Assembly (NCBI RefSeq): GCF_006345805.1
Contig: NW_021835109.1
Span: 1 to 42,568 of the forward strand
Source: Octopus sinensis
Taxonomy: Eukaryota
Length of the DNA: 42,568 nt
Direction: 5' to 3'
Position numbers and translations under genes: made by a program. How positions within the stretch are numbered: the stretch's first letter is position 1; every line of letters begins with the position of its first letter. Positions 35,118 to 42,568 of the stretch are shown piece by piece. Under the pieces are notes generated by a model that saw only the letters and a program-made list of their open reading frames with translations, was not told the DNA's origin and made no database searches.

Positions 35118-36054
35118 AAAATAAATGCGTGTGTGTGTATGGGGACTGGCGAGTTGAAATATATTGTAGCTACATAATGTCTCATTCGTAGCAGTTGCTA
35201 TAAGGAAGGTGGTGTAAGAATGGTACAAGGTGGTAGTAATAGTGTGAGGGGACGTTGTGTGTGTGTGGGGGGGCGGAGAATAAACTCTGCCAGCAACAGA
35301 AAACAATTAAAAACGCTTCCATCCATAGTGTAAACCTGTTGGACAAAAACAACAACAAAACAAAAAATTAAGAAGTAATTAAAAGGTATATTATAAAAAT
35401 TTTTAAAAACTGAAGTTAAAAAAAAACATTAAATTTATATCAGGAAAAAAATAATTAGAAATAAAAATAAATTCAAAAAATGAAAATGGAAAAATAAAAT
35501 AAAATAAAAATAACTTAAAAGATAAAAATGTAAGAAAAATTACTTTATTATAAGAAAAATCTCTTCCGATGTTTTCTTTGTCGCCCCCCATCACCGCCAG
35601 ATATATTCATACAGATACATAGATAGAAAGACACACACACACAGATAGACTCATACAGATACACAAACACACACACACACATACGTACACTTCAGAAATA
35701 CGCAGACACACACATACAGATATGCAAGCATACAAACATTTAGATACACGTATACGTTCCAGCGACCCGAATCAATCACGCTTGACCCGTTACACACACG
35801 CACACGCACATACACACGCACACACATAAGCACACACACAAACACACAAACACGTACACACACGCACATGCACACACACACAAACACACACACAAACACA
35901 AACACAAAAACAACGAACACACACACGCACACACAAACACGTACACACACGCACATGCACACACAAACACACACACACACGCACACACGCACACACACAC
36001 ACATACACTTCATCTGAGACAAGTATTTTTCTTCCATTTTCTTTCATCCGCCTC

Positions 36055-36172
36055 TCCATGATCACCATCATCACATTCATCATCATCGTCATCGTCATCG
36101 TCGTCATCATCATCATCATCACCACCACCACCACCATCATCATCATCCCACCGTCGCCGTCGTCGTCGTCAC

Positions 36173-36203
<31 letters not shown>

Positions 36204-36222
36204 GTCATCATCATCGTCATCG

Positions 36223-36254
<32 letters not shown>

Positions 36255-36345
36255 GTCATCGTCATCATCATCATCATCATCATCATCATCGTCATCACCA
36301 CCACCACCACCATCATCATCCCACCGTCGCCGTCGTCGTCGTCAC

Positions 36346-36379
<34 letters not shown>

Positions 36380-36557
36380 GTCATCATCATCATCATCATC
36401 GTCTCGTCCATCATCGTCATCATCATCATCATCGTCATCATCATCATCATCGTCATCATCATCATCATCGTCATCATCATCATCATCGTCATCATCATCA
36501 TCATCGTCGTCGTCATCATCGTCATCATCATCATCATCGTCATCATCATCATCATCG

Positions 36558-36589
<32 letters not shown>

Positions 36590-36680
36590 GTCATCGTCAT
36601 CATCATCATCATCATCATCATCATCGTCATCACCACCACCACCACCATCATCATCCCACCGTCGCCGTCGTCGTCGTCAC

Positions 36681-36711
<31 letters not shown>

Positions 36712-37215
36712 GTCATCATCATCATCATCGTCGTCGTCATCATCGTCATCATCATCATCATCGTCATCATCATCATCATCACCACCACCACCACCACCAT
36801 CATCCCGCCGTCGCCGTCGTCGTCATCACCATTGGTAAGATTCGGTTTATGGTGATGATAAAATCTTTGTAACTGCAATGACGACGACGACGATGATGAT
36901 GAGGATGTAGAGGCGGTGGAGGTAGGGAAGAAGGATGGCGATGACGCCCGTCGTTGTCAGCGCCATCACAGACGATGGTTATATGAGGATGATGACGACG
37001 ACGACGATAATCACCATCAGTATCGTGATCATCGTTCTGAGCACGATTGGTTTGACAATGATGATGACGATGATGATGGTAATGATGATGATGATGATGA
37101 TGGCGATGATGATGATGATGACAATGATGATGATGGCGATGATGATGATGATGATGATGATGACGATGATGATGATGATGATGATGATGACGATGTTGAT
37201 GATGATGATGATGAC

Positions 37216-37248
<33 letters not shown>

Positions 37249-37315
37249 AATGATGATAATGATGATGATGATGATGACGATGATGATGATGATGACGATG
37301 ATGATGATGATGATA

Positions 37316-37350
<35 letters not shown>

Positions 37351-37351
37351 A

Positions 37352-37395
<44 letters not shown>

Positions 37396-37545
37396 AATGA
37401 TGATGATGATGACGATGATGATGATGATGATGATGATGATGATATGACGATGATGATGATGACGATGATGATGACGATGATGATGATGATGATGATGATA
37501 ATGATGATGATGATGATGATGATGATAATGTGATGTTGACGACGA
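36055..37545. repeat. Head-to-head (CAT/CGT)n and (GAT/GAC)n arrays
   Basis: (CAT)-type at 36055-36833 and (GAT)-type at about 36870-37545, which are mutually reverse-complementary. Confidence 0.9.
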
Positions 37546-37637
37546 CGACGATATAAACGATGACTGTTCTTCACTGGAATCATTGAGAATAACCAACAAG
37601 AGCCACATGGCTACCGCCAAACCGGAAGTCACGCAGT

Positions 37638-38006
37638 TCACGCATGCTCCTTGTTGACCTTAACTCGGGGCAATCCATATATCAAATACGAATCGTCAGA
37701 CATCATGTGACTCTGCAGCTGGTTCGCCGTCCTCCGACCGTAAGTTTGTCGCAAATTCAGACCGAAATTAGGGATTTTTGTTCTGTTCTTGAATGGCTCG
37801 GTGTCCAAGCGACCAGCAAGTGGGCCGGGAAGATGGTCTGGGAAGGAATTCGTGGCCGAACTCTTGAAGTAGATTTTGATGTCCTTGGAGAAGCCTTCGT
37901 TTAGTTTGATCCGCCATGATGTCCATTCGTGTAAGGCGCTCTCGCTAACACTGCAACACATGGTTCCGCTGCTGCTTGTGGCGCTAGATGGCGCTGGTTT
38001 GTGTTG
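37638..38006 (-). CDS. Candidate coding exon of an unidentified gene (123 open codons; MCC... from 37961)
   Basis: Strong acceptor ttttctcttccccag|c at 38006, open frame to TGA at 37638, many C-ending codons, non-repetitive and GC-richer than the flanks. No recognised domain. Confidence 0.45.
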   Translation of the reverse strand, partial: QHKPAPSSATSSSGTMCCSVSESALHEWTSWRIKLNEGFSKDIKIYFKSSATNSFPDHLPGPLAGRLDTEPFKNRTKIPNFGLNLRQTYGRRTANQLQSHMMSDDSYLIYGLPRVKVNKEHA

Positions 38007-38412
38007 CTGGGGAAGAGAAAATGGTGAGTATCAGTGACAACGGAATCACAAAAGAGGGGGAAATTCAGCTGAGCAAATAGAAAAAAAATAGTCTACAATT
38101 AAATCAAGAAAAATAATTTCTACATCTAAAACCTACAAATCAACCCCTAATGATGTACACACATGCACCCTCACTCCACCCGCAATCACACCCGAATACA
38201 CATGTACACTGAATATTGCTTTTACCTGAGTTCAAATACCGCCGAGCTCGACTTTGCCTTTTATGCTTTCGCAGACAATGAACACTGGGGGTCTTGCTAC
38301 CTGCAGCCTACGGTACCATGCTATCCGTTCTTTTCACCTCTCTAATACTTTCCTGATTATTCTGGCCGTGCCAAGGAGGCAAAACTTTTGTAACATCTCC
38401 ACGGCACTCTTG

Positions 38413-38600
38413 TTATTGCCTCCGCCTTAGCGAAGGCGGAGGTATTGTTTTCAGTTGTGTTTGTTTGTCCATGGACAAGATATCTCAAGAACCGCTCCAT
38501 GAAACTTTCAGGGATGTTTGGCCTTGTGATTGGCACGAACTAATTAGATTTGGAGAACGATCCAGTACCCGACAAGGATTCTGGCTGGATTACTTTTTAT
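38413..38600 (+). mobile_element. Helentron/HINE-like non-autonomous element 5' part
   Basis: TTATTG-CCTCCGCC-ttagcgaa-GGCGGAGG terminal palindrome, followed by gtttgtttgt..atgaaactt..gatttgga motifs resembling HINE-type elements (recall). Confidence 0.55.
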
Positions 38601-38732
38601 ATGTTTCTTTTTATCACTTTACATGTATATGTAAAGTTACACATAGTTCTCTTGTACATGCACACGCATACACACATATACTCACACATTTTGACCGTTG
38701 AACATTACCATCCCAAAGCACACACACACACA

Positions 38733-38776
<44 letters not shown>

Positions 38777-38965
38777 CTCTCTTTTACACACACGTATACT
38801 CACACTTCAAACGCCGTTTACCGAAATTTTCACTCCTCCCTTCATTATTTATCTATCACCCCTTCCTTTCTCGTTCATACAACGCTCTCTTTGCCATTTA
38901 TCTCCTCTAACTTCACCTCTCACCCAGGCTCTATGTTATATATATATATATACATATATACATAT

Positions 38966-39002
<37 letters not shown>

Positions 39003-39105
39003 GATATAAAAGGACAACGCTCATTATTATATTAGGAGATTATGCATACATTTTCACACTTTACAGTATAATAAAATATTGCGTATATATCTACATACAT
39101 ACACA

Positions 39106-39167
<62 letters not shown>

Positions 39168-39262
39168 TATATATATTATATATATATATATGCAATATTG
39201 CGTATATATTGTTATGTGTCGTTTCGTTCTCGATGGGTGATAGACAACTCAAATGAAGCCAT

Positions 39263-39441
39263 TGTTATCGTTTTACGTGTTTATTTACTTTACATGTTAC
39301 ACGAACTCTCGACATTCGGCGCAGTAATACTTATATACTTTAGACACAGTTCGTACTGTTTACTAATAAAATAGTGCCAAAAGTGGGGATGTATTCTACA
39401 TACGTATACCTACGTATACACATAGATATGAATGTGTAACA
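39263..39441 (-). repeat. 3' LTR, 179 bp
   Basis: TGTTA...TAACA termini, TATATAA and AATAAA inside, immediately after the PPT. Confidence 0.85.
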
Positions 39442-39644
39442 TCCCTTCTTCTTGAAAAAAAATAAAGGGGTTTTTTGGCAGTGAAGACAAATATAAGTAG
39501 TCTCCCTTACTCTAATGGATTGTCAGCGCAAGGTGGCAATTCTGCAGCAGAAACCGTGAGATTATTCTGCCTACTCACGTGGTTTTCTGCTCTGTAATCT
39601 AGCAGAATTAGTTATTTATCTTTTCATTTTCTTTTTTTTTTTCT

Positions 39645-40376
39645 TTAACGGTATCGAATCGGTGGCAGAATGTTCTTTCTCCATCTGGTGGATCTTGTGC
39701 TTCGCACCGGTGTCTGAGGTGTGTTGTTGGGCTGCTGATGATGGGTGGTTGGTGCCCGTTGGGGTGATGATTCTGTGGGTGTTATCACTGATGCAGCAGG
39801 TGTTGTACACGTTGTCCTCGACAGCTTTGGTGTTGGGCGGATGTGGGCCCTGTTGCGTCTCAGCTGCCTACCAGATTCCGTTTCTATTATATATGATCTT
39901 GGGGTTTCAGCTCTACTGACAACCTGTGCTGGGATCCATGTTTTAGTTATGGGATCTTGAGTATGCACATGTTGGCCTCCAAGTATCTCAGGTAGGTATT
40001 GTGCATGTTTGTTGTAATATTTCTGTGATTGTTCTTGAGTGGTTGCTATATTTGCCCTTGTCTCTTCCTGGTCAATAGGAGGTTGGATCTTAGTTGGCAG
40101 GGTAGTTTTGTACTTCCTGCCATTCAGCAATTCTGCTGGGGATTTCATGTCAGCTCTCAGTGGTGTCACTCGTAGGGACAGAAGTGCCAGGTGTGGGTCT
40201 TCCTTAGTCTCTCGGCATTTGACTAGTGTCTGCACCTGTCGTTCTATAAATCCATGAGCTTTGGGGTAGTGTGAAGATGAGGTTGTAATATTGAACCCAT
40301 ACTCATCGGCTAGCTTTTTGAATTCTCGCGATGTGAACTGGGTTCCATTGTCACAAATGATCTGCTCTGGTATTCC
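39645..40376 (-). pseudogene. gypsy integrase C-terminal half
   Basis: GIPEQIICDNGTQF...HYPKAHGFIE has D-35-E spacing. SPAELLNGR, W.PA.V and TPRSYIIET..G..LRRNR (Mag/K02A2.6-like) follow. Confidence 0.9.
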
Positions 40377-40377
40377 A

Positions 40378-40775
40378 GAGTGAGAGAGTAGTGCATGCCA
40401 TCAAAGTGACACTGGGGTACAACTATCCGAAGCCCAGTATACCCATCATGACTACCCATCTGATAACGGTACACCAGGCACATGCATCACAACCATATGT
40501 GCGCGACATGGTGGTCTTATATCAAGATAAACAGCGCACGATCTTGCAGGTGGGGTCAAGTCCCCGAATAAGGTTTGTTTAAGGATGTTGAACGAAACAC
40601 CCATGTTTCCACAAGTGAATTATCCAAACCCCAATTCTTTGGGGTTTGAATAATTCCTCTCAACACATGGTTGTGATGCTCCCCACTACTTCTGCTCGAA
40701 ATCAGAGATACACATAGTGTCAGCCACTAAGGGGCATGCTCAACTGGTTAAGGTCAAACAACTGTCAAGCAATAT
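40378..40775 (+). mobile_element. Second copy of the ~530-bp unclassified repeat, 3'-truncated
   Basis: Reverse complement of 30400-30793. It abuts the gypsy truncation point. Confidence 0.8.
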
Positions 40776-40831
40776 TACTACTACTACTACCACCACCACC
40801 ACCACCCCACCACCACCACCACCACCACCAT

Positions 40832-40898
<67 letters not shown>

Positions 40899-40924
40899 AC
40901 TACTACTACTACTACTACTGCTGC

Positions 40925-40974
<50 letters not shown>

Positions 40975-41150
40975 GAGCAAAATGCTTAGCGGTATTTTAT
41001 TCGCTGCTACGTTCTGAGTTCAAATAGCCGCCGAGGTCGACTTTGCCTTTCATCCTTTCAGCGTCGATTAAATAACTATCAGTCGAGTACTTAGGTCGAT
41101 GCGATCGACTTACCTTTCCCCAAAATTGCTGGCCTTGTGCCTATAGTGGA
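40975..41150 (+). mobile_element. SINE family B, 5'-truncated
   Basis: B-box GAGTTCAAAT and gaggtcgactttgcctttcatcc core. Confidence 0.85.
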
Positions 41151-41194
41151 AAGAACATATTTTGCTGAGTGTGATGGAAAGTGTCAACTGTCCA

Positions 41195-42013
41195 AAGCCA
41201 GCAAACTGAGGTGACACTTCAAGCCAGCAAACTGAGGTGACACTTCAAGAACTCTGCGAAGAATTCTTGCAGTTCCAAGCAGTGCTGATTTTTGTAGATG
41301 TTCTAATCATTTGTACCAGTCTTTTTCAACCATGTTGGTAGTTGAGTGCTGATACTTCCAAGTGCACCAATTACCATTGGTATCACGTCTACTACTCTCC
41401 TCATTGACCACAACCTTCGTATTTCTCACTTCAAATCGTCATAGTTGTTTATTTTTCCTTCTTCTTTCACATTGATCCTGTTGTCATCGGGGCATGCTAC
41501 CTCGATTATCATACATGTTCTTTATTTTTTATTCACCCTACATTGTCCGGTTTCCGCTGTCTGGTCAGGTGATCGCTCTGGATCATTGCATCCCAAAGGA
41601 TTTTGCAATTTTCATTCTCGGTGACTCCTTCTGGGGTTTGCTCATACCACATCTTTGCTCTTTGTAGACCGTGATTTCCACAGGGCTGCCAATGGATCAT
41701 TCTTGCTATATTGTCATGGCGTCTTTTGTATTCGCGATATGCCAATTTCGGGCATTCACTAACGATGTGCCATACCGTTTCACCCCTCTCACCATACATT
41801 CTGCATTTGTTGCTGTTGGTAGTGTTATCTTTTCTGCACTTCACATAGTTGGTCCTTAAGGCGTGTTCTTGAGCTGCACATATGAGTGCTTCTGTCTCTA
41901 TCTTCAGGTCATTCTTCTTCATCCATAGCCACCGGTCTTCTGTATCTATCTTGGTGTTCACATCTTTTGCAAACTGACCGTACATTTTCCCCTCCATGTA
42001 CATTTTCCCCTCC
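41195..42013 (-). mobile_element. 5'-truncated RLE-type (R4/Dong-like) LINE 3' end
   Basis: ETEALICAAQE.AL.T, CRM(Y)GE..ETVWHIVSEC knuckle, RHD, RKPD, IEVACP, VIGALG. Has a 26-bp tandem duplication at 41195-41246 and an 18-bp-period duplication at the 5' junction. Confidence 0.88.
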
Positions 42014-42059
42014 GGCGTGCTAACAATACTGCCTGTTCGCTGCCTTAATGATCTCTTCT

Positions 42060-42266
42060 ACTGGAAGCACAAGGCCTCAAATTTTGGGGAAAGGATTAAG
42101 TCGATTACATCGATCCCAGTGCGTAACTGGTACTTATTTAATTGACCCCGAAAGGATGAAAAGGCAAGGTCGACCTCGGCGGATTTTGAACTCAGAACGT
42201 AGTGGCAGACGAAATACCGCAAAGCATTTCGCCCGGCCTGCTAACGTTTCTGCCAGCTCGCCGCCT
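42060..42266 (-). mobile_element. Full-length tRNA-derived SINE, family B
   Basis: Head GGCGGCGAGCTGGCAGAAACG and B-box GAGTTCAAAATCC, colinear with 40975-41150. Confidence 0.9.
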
Positions 42267-42568
42267 TCACCACCAACAATATTAATAACAATAATTAAAT
42301 ATAAAAAATAAAAGATTTCTCAAAATGCCTGGAATTCAGTATTTTTTAGTTCAGTAAATGATTAGAACTTTAATGTTATACAGACAACAACTTGGGTTGC
42401 CTTTCAAGTTTTATGTATATAAGAGGCGTAACAGCATTGTTTGTGCGTAACGTGAATTCAGTACCGCAATAAAAGAAATACTGTGAAAATGTAAGCAGAA
42501 CACTCTACGCCTCTGCCGTTATTGCACCCTATGTACTATGCGCGTGTGTGTGTGTTTTTTTCTATTTT

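Larger units (their letters stand above)
39263..40376 (-). mobile_element. 5'-truncated Ty3/gypsy LTR retrotransposon (integrase, PPT, 3' LTR)
   Basis: Integrase core, PPT AAGAAGAAGGGA (39442-39453) and LTR 39263-39441. Confidence 0.9.

Noticed and set aside
36058-37533. Poly-His/Ser (265 aa) and poly-Asp (205 aa) ORFs resembling His-rich or acidic biomineral proteins
   Set aside because: The amino acid switches with single-base frameshifts of the same trinucleotide array, all frames are open, and there is no signal peptide or splice support.
37720-37790. Calling the orphan ORF a neuropeptide precursor because of GRR
   Set aside because: There is a single motif, no signal peptide and no matching peptide family that I recognise.

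Overview
Eukaryotic, AT-rich, microsatellite-saturated genomic DNA with no intact protein-coding gene I can identify. The SINE families and repeat load match what I recall of octopod cephalopods (inference, no search run). Most of the window is decayed mobile DNA. It includes a near full-length Helitron (21899-27741) with a disrupted Rep/helicase and nine 23-aa N-terminal repeats, a non-autonomous Helitron, an irritans-like mariner with perfect 37-bp TIRs, and DD37D (maT) and mariner fragments. It also holds three CR1-type LINE 3' ends, two RLE-type LINE 3' ends, a truncated Ty3/gypsy with PPT and 179-bp LTR, several Penelope GIY-YIG remnants, fold-back MITEs and many tRNA-derived SINEs. The most interesting signals are four hammerhead-ribozyme motifs not visible in the ORF track. 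One sits behind a tRNA B-box in a SINE-like unit, and one has a canonical core with a roughly 95-nt stem II. There is also a non-repeat, codon-biased orphan exon candidate (37638-38006, minus) and a CRE/E-box/Inr cluster at the window start. Most ORFs in the track are microsatellite translation artefacts.
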